This document shows, in pieces, positions 22,418 through 37,159 of a stretch of 64,000 bases of DNA (the stretch's first letter is position 1; each line of letters starts with the position of its first letter). This stretch comes from Laetmonice hystrix (taxonomy: Eukaryota). Under the pieces are notes generated by a model. That model was not told where the DNA came from. It made no database searches and saw nothing but the letters and a program-made list of their open reading frames with translations. Position numbers and translations under genes: made by a program. The stretch is from contig OZ249436.1 in the NCBI GenBank assembly GCA_965235115.1, forward strand, positions 27,902,001 through 27,966,000, given 5' to 3'.

Positions 22418-24183
22418 AGTATACAGACGTGCAACCTGACCAGTCTTGTTGGGTGGGTATGTCTGGTACCTACCTAGGGCCAGTCGGACAGACAGGTTGG
22501 GAGTTGACCTACTCAACGTAGTATACAGACTTGCAACCTGACCAGTCTTGTTTGTATGTCTGGTACCTACCTAGGGCCAGTGGACAGACAGGTTGGGAGT
22601 TGGCCTACTCAACGTAGTATACAGACGTGCAACCTGACCAGTCTTGTTGGGTGGGTATGTCTGGTACCTACCTAGGACCAGTCTTGTTGGGTGGGTATGT
22701 CTGGTACCTATCTAGGACCAGTCTTGTTGGGTGGGTATGTCTGGTACCTACCTAGGGCCAGTCGGACAGACAGGTTGGGAGTTGACCTACTCAACGTAGT
22801 ATACAGACGTGCAACCTGACCAGTCTTGTTTGTAGGTATGTCTGGTACCTACCTAGGGTCAGTCGGACAGACAGGTTGGAAGTTGGCCTACTCAACGTAG
22901 TATACAGACGTGCAACCTGACCAGTCTTGTTGGGTGGGTATGTCTGGTACCTACCTAGGGCCAGTCGGACAGACAGGTTGGGAGTTGGCCTACTCAACGT
23001 AGTATACAGACGTGCAACCTGACCAGTCTTGTTTGTATGTCTGGTACCTACCTAGGGCCAGTGGACAGACAGGTTGGAAGTTGGCCTACTCAACGTAGTA
23101 TACAGACGTGCAACCTGACCAGTCTTGTTGGGTGGGTATGTCTGGTACCTACCTAGGGCCAGTCGGACAGACAGGTTGGGAGTTGGCCTACTCAACGTAG
23201 TATACAGACGTGCAACCTGACCAGTCTTGTTTGTATGTCTGGTACCTACCTAGGGTCAGTCGGACAGATAGGTTGGGAGTTGACCTACTCAACGTAGTAT
23301 ACAGACGTGCAACCTGACCAGTCTTGTTTGTATGTCTGGTACCTACCTAGGGTCAGTCGGACAGATAGGTTGGGAGTTGACCTACTCAACGTAGTATACA
23401 GACTTGCAACCTGACCAGTCTTGTTTGTATGTCTGGTACCTACCTAGGGCCAGTCGGACAGACAGGTTGGGAGTTGACCTACTCAACGTAGTATACAGAC
23501 GTGCAACCTGACCAGTCTTGTTTGTAGGTATGTCTGGTACCTACCTAGGGTCAGTCGGACAGACAGGTTGGAAGTTGGCCTACTCAACGTAGTATACAGA
23601 CGTGCAACCTGACCAGTCTTGTTGGGTGGGTATGTCTGGTACCTACCTAGGGCCAGTCGGACAGACAGGTTGGGAGTTGGCCTACTCAACGTAGTATACA
23701 GACGTGCAACCTGACCAGTCTTGTTTGTATGTCTGGTACCTACCTAGGGTCAGTCGGACAGATAGGTTGGGAGTTGACCTACTCAACGTAGTATACAGAC
23801 GTGCAACCTGACCAGTCTTGTTGGGTGGGTATGTCTGGTACCTACCTATAGGGTCAGTCGGACAGACAGGTTGGGAGTTGACCTACTCAACGTAGTATAC
23901 AGACGTGCAACCTGACCAGTCTTGTTTGTATGTCTGGTACCTACCTAGGGCCAGTGGACAGACAGGTTGGGAGTTGACCTACTCAACGTAGTATACAGAC
24001 GTGCAACCTGACCAGTCTTGTTTGTATGTCTGGTACCTACCTAGGGCCAGTCGGACAGACAGGTTGGGAGTTGACCTACTCAACGTAGTATACAGACGTG
24101 CAACCTGACCAGTCTTGTTTGTATGTCTGGTACCTATCTAGGGCCAGTCGGACAGACAGGTTGGGAGTTGACCTACTCAACGT
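22418..24183. repeat. Minisatellite array, ~96-104-bp unit, ~17 copies
   Basis: Unit AGTATACAGACGTGCAACCTGACCAGTCTTGTT(GGGTGG/T)GTATGTCTGGTACCTACCTAGGG(C/T)CAGTCGGACAGACAGGTTGGGAGTTG(A/G)CCTACTCAACGT. Confidence 0.97.
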
Positions 24184-26818
24184 CTCCCTCTCCCAGTTGG
24201 TCGTTCTGTCGGCAGCCGATACCGGGCTATGTATATATACCAACGGTTGATCTAGGCCCGGCGGTGCAATCTGCAAACTCCAGCATGAGATGGCGAAACT
24301 GTGGTTGAGGCACCATAGGTTAATAGGACCGCTATTTTTCAGAGGTCATAAGTACCTGAAGTTCAGCGGCACGACCCTGCGGCCTTTGTTTTTTTTATTT
24401 TTTTTATTTTATTTTTTTTTACCCCACTTGAACTTAGGACTGTTCATGTTTGGGGTTATTTCATCTCTCCTCGTCAGGTTTTGCTGTTCACCCCAGACCT
24501 CCAGTCCTCCGAATATCCACAGTTGGCACAGCTCCACCATACAGAACAAAGTGTCTTTTTGACAGTACATTCTATGGCAGAGTTAGCCCAGCTATACTTT
24601 GTCTTGGTCTCCTCCATGCAGACCTTGCCGAACGGAGCACTAGAAAGTTACCACGCTTACCTTGCGAACGGTTTATAAGGTGGTTTTGTAGTTCTGAAGC
24701 TAAAATCATAATTATTTACATTTATAGTAACATTTAACAACGGATGCACAATTTCAGGCTGGCTTCCGAAACTATAGCAATCAGTACTGTAACGATATGT
24801 GGCGATATGCCATTTATGCCACTACAAGCAAGTAGACTTTCTAAGGTCGATTATTTTTCTGTCATGCCATAACATTTTCTCCTCTGATAGGCGTGCCCTT
24901 ATCAGACAACATTTATTTGTTGGCGTGATGGGAATGGTACGAAGCGCTAAAGATTACAATGGGAGGTTGCAAGCGATAGACGAAGTGGGGGAAATGCCAC
25001 CTGCACACGAATGGCAAGGGGTGCTCAGTTGTACCAGAGACTATACGGACAGGAAATATGGGGGTGTATCATGCTATACCTTGGCGTTCCCGTCTGCAAA
25101 AAAATCATTTTGTGTTATTTGTATAACACGTTGTAGGGATACCATAATTGATGTTATAACATTATATCCCATAAGGTACATTGCACACTGTAGATAGACA
25201 CTGTTAGACAATCTGTGTTATGGATTTTATAAAGGGTGAGATTGAACGTTACTACATTTCTGCCGTTCCAACTTCAAAATCCGTTTCTCCCAGAGGAATT
25301 TCTCGACAGTTGAAGAGTGTTTGTCCTGGAGGAATTTATGGAAAGTTGAAAGGTGAGGAAGAAGGGGATGGTTTGACGTTGCAAACCTCGCTGAAGAATT
25401 AAAGTGCACCTGCCAAGTTAAAACGAGTAGCCTCAAGTGGTTGTAATGTCAAAACGACAAAGTGTGAAATGCAGCGACTGCTGTCGGTCGTACGGCTGGT
25501 TGATGAATTTATCAAAATGATGAAAGTAACACTGTTGATGTAACAATAATCGAATAATCATAATCATAATCATAATCATAATCGGATAATCATGTTGTGG
25601 TCCATGGGGAAATACCAAGTTATCAGAAAGGCATAATACCTGGATAAACTACTCGAAAGTTATCTGAACTTTAAGACTTTGATTGAATCATAACATAGGC
25701 ATGGTTGTTGGATTATGTTTTTGAGTTGTTCCATATAGAAGGGGGGTAATGAATATACATTGGCAGCATAAAATAGACTATAATTACTGTCTTTAGAGAA
25801 TTCGTGCAGCTTTCATCATTACATCGAGGGAAAATAATTGTTAAAATGAGAATTCAAAAAGTCAGAGGTGTATTTTTGTTATATATTTTCTCACGGCTAA
25901 ATCCATGTATGTATCAGGCGAACACGGTCGTAGAAACATGTCAGTTTTTCAGAACATTACAGTGACGTTTGTCATTTGTGTCTTCCACTTTATAAACGTG
26001 GGCATTTAGAAAAGCAAAAACCAACCTTTCTGTCAGTTTAGCTTTGCACTTACGCCTTTTTGCTACATGAAGTCTGACATTAACTAACATTGCCATGAAA
26101 ATTCAACTTCCGTTCGGCCGGAGTATGAGAGACAACAATAATACTATTCAATATCAGAATAATGATATTTTTTTAAACTTGCGGAAACAACTGACAGAGT
26201 CACGTGCGGTTTGCCGAGTAAAATTGCCAAGTCAGATCATTTTGCCAAGAGTCACAGCGGCCTTACCGGAGCTCTACGATTTGAAATGCCTGCGGTTCCG
26301 GGCTGTCGTTTAGAAGATCAAACATAATGGAACGTGCTTTCACTTCTGTAGAACTATTTGATCGTCTCGTCAAACTGCATTAGGCAAAGCTGACTGTCTG
26401 GTGGTTAGCTGATTCTGTCGACTGTATGGACGGCGGTGCAAGGATTTGGCCTCTATCTATGACTTAACATCAAAGTGTCATTCATATTTCTACGCATGCA
26501 AATTAAACACAAGTCTGGGGTCAACAGTCCCATTTCCTTCCCTTCCGCGGCACAGAGTAGGTGTACATCTATAGGAAAGAGACTTTTAAATGTTCGGCTG
26601 TGAATGGGGAGAGAACATACCGCCCCCGTTCCTGCCGTGGAACGAATGTATAGGCGCCTGTATAACAGCAGTAGGAATGGAATTTGTATTATTTAGATCG
26701 TTTATAATGGTTGTCACTATGGACAGTATAGGCTTAAGGTCTGGGATTAGGTTATGTCACGTAACCTCAAGACTTTAATTACACACACACCCATACATAC
26801 ACCCACCCCCACCCACAT

Positions 26819-26850
26819 TCTCTCTGTCTCTGTCTCTCTCTCTGTCTCTG

Positions 26851-26905
<55 letters not shown>

Positions 26906-27011
26906 CTCTTTGTCCCTCCCCCTCTCTCTCTCTCTGTCCCCCCTCCCTCTCTGTCTCTCTCTTCCTCTTCGTCTCTGCCATGGGTGTCTGTCTCTCTCTC
27001 TATCTCTCTCT

Positions 27012-27055
<44 letters not shown>
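26819..27055. repeat. Compound (CT)n/(CTCTGT)n microsatellite
   Basis: Long polypyrimidine dinucleotide run. Confidence 0.96.
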
Positions 27056-27056
<1 letters not shown>

Positions 27057-29342
27057 ACGCCTGCTGCTGTTTGTGTTAGCGGCAGTGAGTCCCTCCCAAG
27101 ATGGAAGTGCCCGCGTACAGCTGGTGACGAGACCCCATTAGCACCTGATCTGATCTCAGTGATGGCACACCTAGAGCTGATACGGACATCACAGCGCACC
27201 ATCCTGCGGCCACAGCGGATGCAAACTTATCCCGCTTCCCCACCGCGTCCCCCTGATAGGTCGCCGACAGCCCCCTATATCCGGCTTCCCTGCTTGCTAC
27301 TTGCGCCCGACGAAATCCTTCCTTCACCTGTGGCACGGAAACTGCCCCGAGTCAGGCCCTGTCACCCGTTGGAGAAACTCCTATAGGACTTAGAAGTACA
27401 TCGGCCTCGAGCCATATACATGTGTATATATACTGAGTGATTAATTGATGTAGAAAAGAAGCTGCCTGCTATAGTCTTGCCTCTCATGGAGATGGGATGG
27501 CTGGGTGGTATAGCCATCTATTGCGACTAGCCTATTTATATTCATAACGACGCCCTTCAGAGGCGCTAGAAAGGATATGTTGACCATTCGTATTTCAAGG
27601 TATTAAATGTATTATAATTATGCTAACAATCTTTCAAACTTTTTTTACAATTCTCCTTTTGGCAGGACGGTAGTCATTATACACTTCAGACTTCAGGCCA
27701 TTGAATTTATCCGCAGCTAGTGATTTTTTTTACCTTTCCTTCTTATGTTCCTTTCTCTGATTATGCGTCCATATCAAATTATTGTAGGATAATACATGAT
27801 GAAGCAATTTAACTTGGCTTACCCACCTTCCAACGTGGGCGGAGAGATTGGAATTTATGACGCAGATACAGTGTTCTCATTTGATATGTAAAAATGATTA
27901 CGGCAACTCGAAAATCACAGGTTATTATAAATTATATAGACTATCAGAGTGTTATTACGTTTGAAAAGGTTTCGGTCATTTATAGGCGGAACATGATGTG
28001 TTCAATATTGGTAAAAAAAAAATCGTTTTGATCACCAAGCAGAGAGTGCCTCGGCATTCCTCCAACCAAAGTTCCGTCGGAAGTCGGTTTATAATTTTAA
28101 GCAGCGGTTCTGTTATCTTTGCATGTTTGTGCTGGTAGGTGTCTTCCGGTGCAGGAGATCGAGATAAGATCTATCTCCGGTTGAATCTTTGCCCCCGGCC
28201 CTAACTCCCGGCCACTCCCCGTCGGTCTCAGTCGCGGTCTCCCGGCCCGTCCTCCCCAGCTCACCCGGTGTAATAATACAGCAGGACCAGCCCACCATTT
28301 CAATACTGTCCACGTACTTTCCTTTTTTCCTTGTTGCCCTTATACCCCAGTCTGCACACTGCCCGCATTCCTCCCCCTGCCTCCCCCACCCCACCCCCTC
28401 CTCTTTCCCACCGCCCCCCACTCCCGGAACCACCATTCGCTACCCCTTCACCCAGCGGTCTCCGCAGCGCCACACAGCGGCGACCAACTGGTTTGGCCTT
28501 TTCGCAGCCTGCCTCTGTAAGTAACCCGAGCAAATATTAACTGTTGTCAGATCGTAACTATGACTGGCAGCGCTCGGCAAAAAGTGTACTAGGGCATTAA
28601 AACTGTTGTGACTGCTCTGCTCAGCTGGTTTACACGTTCTACGACGGAAAGCAAAAATAGCCAAGGGGTGCGTTTAGGTATAGGGCCGAAATCATTGAAG
28701 TTGGACTACACTGTGTGCCTCCAGGCTACCTTAGAAACTTCTAGGCCGATTCCCCTAAGCTTAAATCAAGATTGGCAGAAATCCGTGTATATTGCCGTGC
28801 ATTACCCCTCACCAAACGTAGACTTTGAATTGATATTCTTGTCATGGGATAATTAACGTTATACGATACATGGTGAGATAGATATATGGCACAACACCAA
28901 GAGGCGATGACGCAATGAGTACCGACAAAGATGACGTAATCAACTTCACATTAAGGTGACGTCATCATGCAGCCTCCAAATTTAACCAATGTTAAGAGGG
29001 TGTTTTCTCTCCATCCCCTTATTGTACCAGGTCTTTTTAAAAGGCATGCACTCCCTGGATATAGCCCAACTAATACTGATCGAAGGTGATCGTGTAAAAC
29101 ACGTTAACTTTTTCATTACCGCCTGCCGAGCAAACTTCCTTGACAAAATTGTATTCGTTCAAGAGGACATCGCGACTTCAGGGTACCGCCTGGGCCCGAG
29201 AAGTAATGCGACCATGTCGTATATTAGCCACCTTAGACAACTGATGCAGCTCGTGTCGATACCATTATAATTACTTTCTGTTTGGTCCAACGTAATACGG
29301 GCGAGCTATGGTTTGCTATACCAGTCCCATGTAATGAGCACG

Positions 29343-29384
<42 letters not shown>
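29343..29384. repeat. (TAC)n microsatellite
   Basis: About 14 TAC units. Confidence 0.96.
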
Positions 29385-31209
29385 ACACTGCTATATTGTA
29401 TCTTGGGGTGTGTGTTTTTCTAAGCTCGAGAAAAACTACCAAACCTACCGCGCTGACTTAACTATTCTCTTACTAATGGCCTCTTTGGTGACAAAAGATT
29501 TCACTAAAGTTACTCGCTGCCAAAGATGTCCCGATTCCATGTTTATAGACACCAGAAACCGTACATACAGTGCATCCTGTAGGAATGGGAGTTAGAAAGT
29601 TATTTTTTCAGTGAAACGCTAAATGATTGAAGGTTGGATTAGATAAGGGCGTAGCACAGATGTGAGTCGATCCGGTAGCATTTCTCTCATTGACTTTCCA
29701 TATTGATCCACCTTTCAGTATGATTCAGCATGTCCAGCCATGTTTTTGCGACTTGCCGTGCGAAAGAACCGTTGCTATACTTTTATCATGGAGGGTAGGG
29801 GATTGTATTTTGGTGGCAGATTTCTTTATCATCATCAGTTTCATCAGCTCATGGAGTTCTGGGAACAATTGGGCACACCGAGACTAAACAATTTATCAAC
29901 GTTGTATTCAATGAATATGGCAGAACATCTTCATCTATGAATATGATCATAATCCTTTCTTTTCAGATCGAATGTACAGGCTCCTATGCCGTATACAAAC
30001 ACACGCTTCTTTAAGCTCCTGTAATAAAATAACGGCCAACCGTAGGTGCACGTTCTCCCTGCTAGCAAATATATGCCGCTATAATGATAAAGAATGACAA
30101 AAGGAATAATATAAGTATGTAGTTCTCCATGTATGTATAGATCTCACGGGGATGTAAATGAGTCTTTCCATGGAAGCAATATATGCACCACGTCATTTTA
30201 CCTATTAATTATACCCTTCTGCTGTCAGGTGCAATAGCTTTGGAATGCATGTCACACCCGGGAAACGCGATAAAACGACCTCTTGCTGCAGTCGGAGGTC
30301 GAGGCGAAGTGATGCCAGAAGTACAATTTGTCCCTAACACCACCTTGGCGGTTCATGCTTGACCTACACAATTTCGGCTAGCCAGAACGCATTAGTCAAC
30401 TGAAATAAACTGTCTGTACCTCAAGAACAGCAATAAAAGCACGAAAGAGCACTGCCATACGTTCAGTGCAGACGTTTGGCTGGTTAGCTAGACAGATGCA
30501 AGGCCTATAGTCACCGTCAACGATGGTTTAATACATTTGAGGAAAAATAAGGTGGCAGATTTTTTTATGGGCGAGGTGATTGATCCGTCGTTCCATGGCG
30601 CAGAATATATGTTCGTCACTGAGAGAATATATTAGATAGATTTATTCGGTTCGAGTACCGCCCTCCTCTTCACGTCGGCATGAGGGACACACAAAGCTGT
30701 GTGTATACGGTGGTGGTGGTGGTGGTGGTGAGGGGGGGCGGTAAACTCTGAGCACAACCCCGGCTAGTCACTGTCTAGGAGAATCTATTGGAAAGCGGGG
30801 CAGTATCAACAGTATCATTGAAACCGAATTGACGAAATTGTTCAGAGATTGTCTCCCCAAGTTACTGTGTATAATAATGTAACATCAGTTTAGGTGACCA
30901 CCTACCGAATCCATTGGACCATTTGGCTAAACGACATACCTACTTGGCTACACCAGGAATGACATTAAACTGCTGCTGTCCGGTCCAGCTTAGTATAGGA
31001 GCTAGATGAGTGGGTCTGCGAAACAAAGATAAAACTGCTGTGATGCTTCAATCTTTAAACATTCCGAGAAGGTACAGTCGCAGATCTATGAAGAAATTAG
31101 TACCCCCAACCCCGGATTCCGAAGGCTTTGTCAGCTAAAGTCCCACAAATCGATGGGACTATTTAGGATCAAATAGAGTGTTAGAAAGTAAAGTCACCCC
31201 CTCACTCAA

Positions 31210-31715
31210 ATCCCCCCTCCGAGAACTTGAAAACGTTTTCAAATTCCCTCCCAGGAATTTAAAAACGTTTTCAAATTCCAGGGGAGGGATATATAAATCG
31301 TTTTTAGATTCCTCCCCCCATTTCAAATTCCTCAATCCAGGAATCTGACCCCCCCACTCGATCCCTTGACCCCACTCGACCCCCCCCCCCCTGCCCTACT
31401 CAACCCCCTGGACTCTCCCTAATAGAATACTGAGCTCTGGGCCCATGTGACATCACGCACCCGTTCCCCTAGCAGACCAGACAGCCTGGCAGCCTGCTGG
31501 TGGCCTTAGACTAGAGATAATAAAATGCAGAGCATATATTTTCATAAATGATCACACATGCCTGAAACTTTTCATACGGCTCTCAATATCATAATCTGCC
31601 CGCCTGAAGATGTAAATACGTTACATTTTCTATCACTTCAAATTCCTCGGGGAGGGAATCTGAAAACGTTTTCGAGCTCGGGGTGGGGGGGGGGGGGCGA
31701 AATCGTTACACCTGG
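31210..31715. mobile_element. Probable non-autonomous element with reiterated palindromes (family unassigned)
   Basis: Palindrome TTGAAAACGTTTTCAA at 31227-31242 with variants at 31254-31279 and 31656-31679; C-rich left part and G-rich right part. Boundaries are uncertain. Confidence 0.45.
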
Positions 31716-31860
31716 AGCTGAAGTTAAAGTTGAACCTGGTACGGATCCGTTCTGATAGCGACACTGGCACATGGACATTGTGTTCAGGTCATCGAATGAA
31801 CGCCGAACAGAGGCTGGAAGCGAACTCTGCCTATTGCTTATTGCAAATTTTGAAGCAGCA

Positions 31861-31940
31861 GGATCCTTTGCTGTTTCTTCGGATCCTTTGCTGTTTTATC
31901 GGATCCTTTGCGGTTTCATCGGATCCTTTGCTGTTTTATC
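31861..31940. repeat. 20-bp tandem repeat x4
   Basis: Unit GGATCCTTTGCTGTTTTATC with minor variants. Confidence 0.93.
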
Positions 31941-33285
31941 GATGTTGTAGTGTGATCTTATCACCCTGGAGTAAAATCCGTGGCATGCTATGCTTCGTTT
32001 GATAGACTGCAATCTGATCAGCTGGAACTTCGATATTCGAAATATAGGAAAAACACCCATGTAAAATACCCATCACATGTCTGTCATGGCTGCAAAATAC
32101 TAATCTATTCAGCCATAGGCAATCGTACAACACAGACTTCCCACAGATAATCTACGATATGTTAATCCGTTCTATCTCATTCGGAAAATAGAGGGTGAAT
32201 AATTTTGTATTCAAAGAACCACGTAACCGTAAGCTAATGACTGCCTTATGTTTAATCTCCTGTGCCGTGTAGAGTAGGATCGTTTGAGGACGCTTGCGCA
32301 TTATCAAAAATTTTGTTGTGCTTCCTCCGATCAATACAGTTCATCAATAAGCACTTCCCAGGGTTTATGTACGTATATTATCCTATATTCCCCGGCAAGA
32401 TCTGCAGCAGCTGATGACTACATTGATTTTGGCACTGGTAAGTATCTTTCAAATACAAGCACTTGATGTGAAAAAGTCGCGATGGAAGAATTGGAATTCG
32501 CTTTATATGATGCAGGCATGGGGAGAAAGAAAGTACCAGCACATTACTGCATGGGAACTTTGATTATAAACTTACTCAAAAATAAAAACAATATGGGGAA
32601 AACATCTTTATGAAAACCCCTTTTAATAAAACCATCATTATCTTAGTCATTCCCATGACTACGATTTCCACCAATCTTCTTCTATAGACCTCACTGATGA
32701 CAGCCATCCAGAGTATATATTAAACTTTGCCGAACCTTTGGCCCATTAATTGGAACTGACACTACATTGATAAAGGCATATCCTATCTATCTCCAGTGTA
32801 ATGCCATTCGTATCTTTGCCTAACACAGGTGCATCTAATCGACAAATCAGACTGCGCCTTTCAATGACCTGCTATGAGCACACCAAACTGCGTAGTCATT
32901 GGATGTAAAGATTTAGCCGATCGAGGCCGACAACCCATGTTCCTGCGATGTCGTGAGCAGGTGTGAGCCGAGGATTGAACTGAAACTGTCTTCTTCCGCC
33001 GATAACGGAGGTGTCACTTCGGAATTGTCACTGCGGCACGTTTATTAAAAGAGTCGTTCTCTTCTGACACTCGGCTCGGCGTCTTTCGGCGTCGGCGCAA
33101 TCTATTGTAAGAAAAAATGTGAGAAGTGGTAAACATGCAATGATTGGTGACGGAATGACAGCACGGTTCTTATCTATGGATTATACCACGATCACCGGTA
33201 GTGCGACTGTCAGCAGCGCCTGTGGTTTTCGGAACAAAATTTATACTGACACTTTTAACAGTAATTTTGAATCCTCGATAACATA

Positions 33286-33488
33286 TTCTTCTTCTTCTTC
33301 TCCTTCTTCTTCTTCTCCTTCTTCTTCTCCTTCTTCTTCTCCTTCTTCTTCTTCTTCTTCTTCTTCTTCTTCTCCTTCTTCTTCTTCTTCTTCTTATTCT
33401 TTTTCTTCTTCTCCTTCTTCCTCTCCTTCTCCTTCTCCTTCTTCTTCTTCTTCTTCTTCTTCTTCTTCTTCTTCTCCTTCTTCTTCTT
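33286..33488. repeat. (TTC)n/(TCC) compound microsatellite
   Basis: ~200-bp trinucleotide polypyrimidine run. Confidence 0.97.
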
Positions 33489-35758
33489 CAAGATTATATT
33501 GAGACAATATGTTGATAACCAGCTTACTAAGTTCACTCAGATACATTCGACGAAAATGTATCTAGCGTGTCTATCGCTCGTATCCCAAATCAGCACTCTA
33601 ATGTTCTCAGTTACAGCTCTGTATACTGTATACTAGCTATACCTAAGCTAGACACGTCATGAATGGGTGGAACGCCTCCTTAGAACTGCGCGTAGGTCGG
33701 ACATATATACAACACAGTAGTGGAAACGTTCAGATTGCAAGAGCAAAGAAAAACATGAAATATTTAACCACAACAGCAGAACCGACAGTGCAAACCCACC
33801 AGTATATTAATTGCTTTATATACCTACCGGCGTGGAAGAATCAATATCCCTTGCGCTATCGCTGAGCTTTGGTTGGTAATATTGCAAATAAAGAAGCGTC
33901 TATGATCTTGCTCTAGACAATCTATGTGCGCCGCACTTACAATGAAATTGCTGGTCATCTACATGTCGGCTCTGTCACCAACCCTTCTTTGATTATTCGA
34001 AGCAATGCAATAAAAAGCTAGAGATATTCCTATCAAGTATGCATGAGATACACATTAACGTGTCACAAACGGGTGGGCGGTGACGCCGAAACAGAGACTC
34101 GCACCGCCGCGTACTTGGGAAGAGTTCGAAGCAAGAGAACTGATTCCTTTTCATTGAATCTGAAGATCGGCAATGCAATCTTAGCTCGGGTAAGTTCTTT
34201 CATCTACCTCCAGTCTTTTCAAAATATCATTTTGGAATATATCCTGGCCCATTATGCAAATCTTATAGCATGTTTGGATAATGTCCCTCCTTGTTTTCTG
34301 AGATTATAGATTTTTATGAGACTTGTATTAAATAAATGTACGAATGAATACACAAAATATAAAAATATTAACATCGTCATGTTTCCACCGGAAGCGCGTA
34401 TCGTAATTATCTGCTCACTTCAATGCATACGTATCACCAACGAAGCACGAAGGAGCCAAATCATGAAACCTTTTCGAAGTAGTTCATGGAAATCGACATT
34501 TTTCTCAGGCACTGCTTATTATACAATAGCCAAGCTGTGACCCTAGTAAACTACTTGTGAGTAATTGACTTTGCGACCAAATAATAACCCAAGCGATTTC
34601 AAAGACTGACAAAATTAGAAGGGTTCTTTGACTAAGCGCTGATTAGTGTTATCAGAACGCTTCGTGGTATTCATATCCGTTTGATGAGGCGATTGGTGTA
34701 TTTAATCGACCTCTCTCTGCGACTTTGCAATCAGATCGAAATTGAAAGTTTTAGCTGAAAGCAGCGAGCTTCATCTGACGTAGTGAGGTTTATGAATTGG
34801 ATTGCGTCAACTGAGCAGTATGAGAAGTCAACGTTGTCATTTACCACCAAATTTATCCCTTGCATTTGGCTGTTGGACAAAGAAACAACCACGCACTGAA
34901 GGACTAAGTGCAAAATTATGAACGTTACAGCGACTGTCTGAGTCATAATTATAGCAATATTTTTTGCCCCCGTGCAGCTCTGCCGCTCTATTAGGTCTAC
35001 TATTATGGTAATCTCCATGTTTCCTATAGTTAGCTCAGCGTTTCCTTTGCTATTCAATGAACCCAAGTCGTTATAAAAGAGGAAAGTATAGACGAAACAA
35101 TTAACGTTCGCTTGATAGCATCCAGAGCAAATAATGTTCTAGCCGCTTCTTGCTTCGCTAAGATTATGGTGTGGTCAAGTGTTTGCTATGACAAAGGCGA
35201 CGACAATGATGAAGGAAGCTTATACATGGTACACACTGGTCAGTGGAAGGTGGGCGTATACATAAGGTATGCGAACATAGGCCTGAAAAGAAATTCAAAT
35301 GTTTCTTCATTCGTGCATGAAGGCCAGAATATAGCAAGACACATTGTGCAGTTGTGCAAGTCAAGTAATCAGGAAGACCCAGCCTGGATTTCGTTTTCAT
35401 TGCCTGCTAAACTAAGCTAAGCTAAGCTAAGCCGGGATAAGCAGGATAATCTGTCAATTACGACCTGACCTACTCGACACCGATCTGTATGAAGATAATT
35501 ACCACAACAGAACTGTTACGAGGACACCTAGCAAGACTTCACAGCAATATACTAAACTGTCTGTGGACAGAGATATCATCTACAACTAATTTGCATTGTA
35601 TTAATTTTTATATAAATTCTAATTATCTCGCCGTCATATTATTACTTTTCCGTTAGTTGATCATTCACCAGAGATTGTTCCCGCTACTGTTAACGGGATG
35701 TTGATTAGAAATAGCAAGTGTGTTCCATTACTTTTATACAAAAGTGAGACAGTAGAAG

Positions 35759-35773
35759 GAGAGAGAGCGAGAG

Positions 35774-35826
<53 letters not shown>

Positions 35827-35868
35827 GACAGAGAGAGACAGAGAGAGACAGAGAGAGACAGAGAGAGA
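35759..35868. repeat. (GA)n / (GAGAGAGACA)n microsatellite
   Basis: Direct reading. Confidence 0.96.
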
Positions 35869-37159
35869 AGATGGAGGTCACTATGATGATGATGCTGTGT
35901 GATGGCGATGATGATGCTAAAGAGAGATTCTAGTTCGGGTTAGCAAAGGCAGATCTATACAAGAACAACTCGTTAACCGCTTACATTTGGTCTGGTAAAA
36001 CATGTCTTGTTAAGGTTTTCGGTATAACATTAACCAATGTCATAACTCATTCCATAAACTCCTGCGCACGCTTCTTAATTGCTCGCTCGTGATTTATAAC
36101 ACTCAATCATTGTTGTACAGACAACTTTGAAAAGACAGAAATCGGGAACATAATCTAACGTGCGTCCAGATTTAGCTATGCGAGCCAGATATCGACTTAC
36201 AACATGGAATAATTGGTCGGCTATTTCAATGCTACTTTAATGCTGTTCATGTGTAAAATGAAGCTAGACACTTATACACCCCGTGATTGTGTTAAGTGGC
36301 CTTCTATGGTACAGAGTATATCATGTACAGACACTGCTGACAGTACGCTTAACTGAGGTTTGAGCTGACTGCTATTATTAACGAATAATAGAATTGTATT
36401 CAGACTGAAAAAAATCCGGTCCCCATTCAGGGAGGACGTAAAAATAGGCTTTTCGTGAGAAATTGCCGTTTAGACGACGAGGCATTTCATCAAAATGGAA
36501 TGATAGATTAAATAATCAGAGGCATTTTACATGCAAATTCACTATTAATAAGAACCCCTTCGGGCACATTGAAAGGTAGGACAGACCCTGCTCCACAGCC
36601 TCCTACCCTGCAGCCTATCTTTTATGTTAGTATTTTGCCATTATAATCGGATTGGAGCATGTCCGCCCCTTTCTGAATTCCACGCAATAGAAAATGTGCA
36701 CGATCCAGGGACCGATGTACAATTTGGAGAAATGTATTTTGCTATAATATAATTATAAAGGTATACTCTACTTTAACTGCAAGGCAGACTTGATTTACGA
36801 AATTCCGTTTTGATGTAAGGGTTAACTCGGAAAATCACTAAGAATATCATTGACGCAGAGCCTATTGTCAAAACAATTTGCATATGTGTGTGCGCTGGAG
36901 TGCCCGCGCATAGGTATTCAAATGTAATTCAATGTATTAAAAATGTGTTTTTATACTATAATTTTAATTATTTTAAAAGTGTATTGTTCAAGACTGTCTT
37001 CTACATATCAATTCCGTCTAGGTTGTTAGGATAGGGTAGGTTTGCTTATTTTTTAAAGATCCTACATAATCATGACACATCATTCCATTTCAATGAAGGA
37101 CCTGACATTCCTTTGCCCATATTTCACTGGCCTCAAATCCTGCAATTTGCGCAGTCCTT

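Noticed and set aside
22418..24183. CRISPR array or coding repeat (ORFs 22791-22997, 23483-23689)
   Set aside because: No spacers; variable unit lengths break the frame; eukaryotic context.
26747..27386. Long ORFs of 151 and 210 aa
   Set aside because: Products of the (CT)n microsatellite (LS/RE repeats).
33119..33536. Ser-rich and Lys-rich ORFs
   Set aside because: Translations of the (TTC)n microsatellite.
28517..34195. Additional GTAAGT donors (28517, 32438, 34190) as alternative first exons
   Set aside because: A 6-mer is expected many times by chance in 64 kb; no convincing paired acceptor or ORF.
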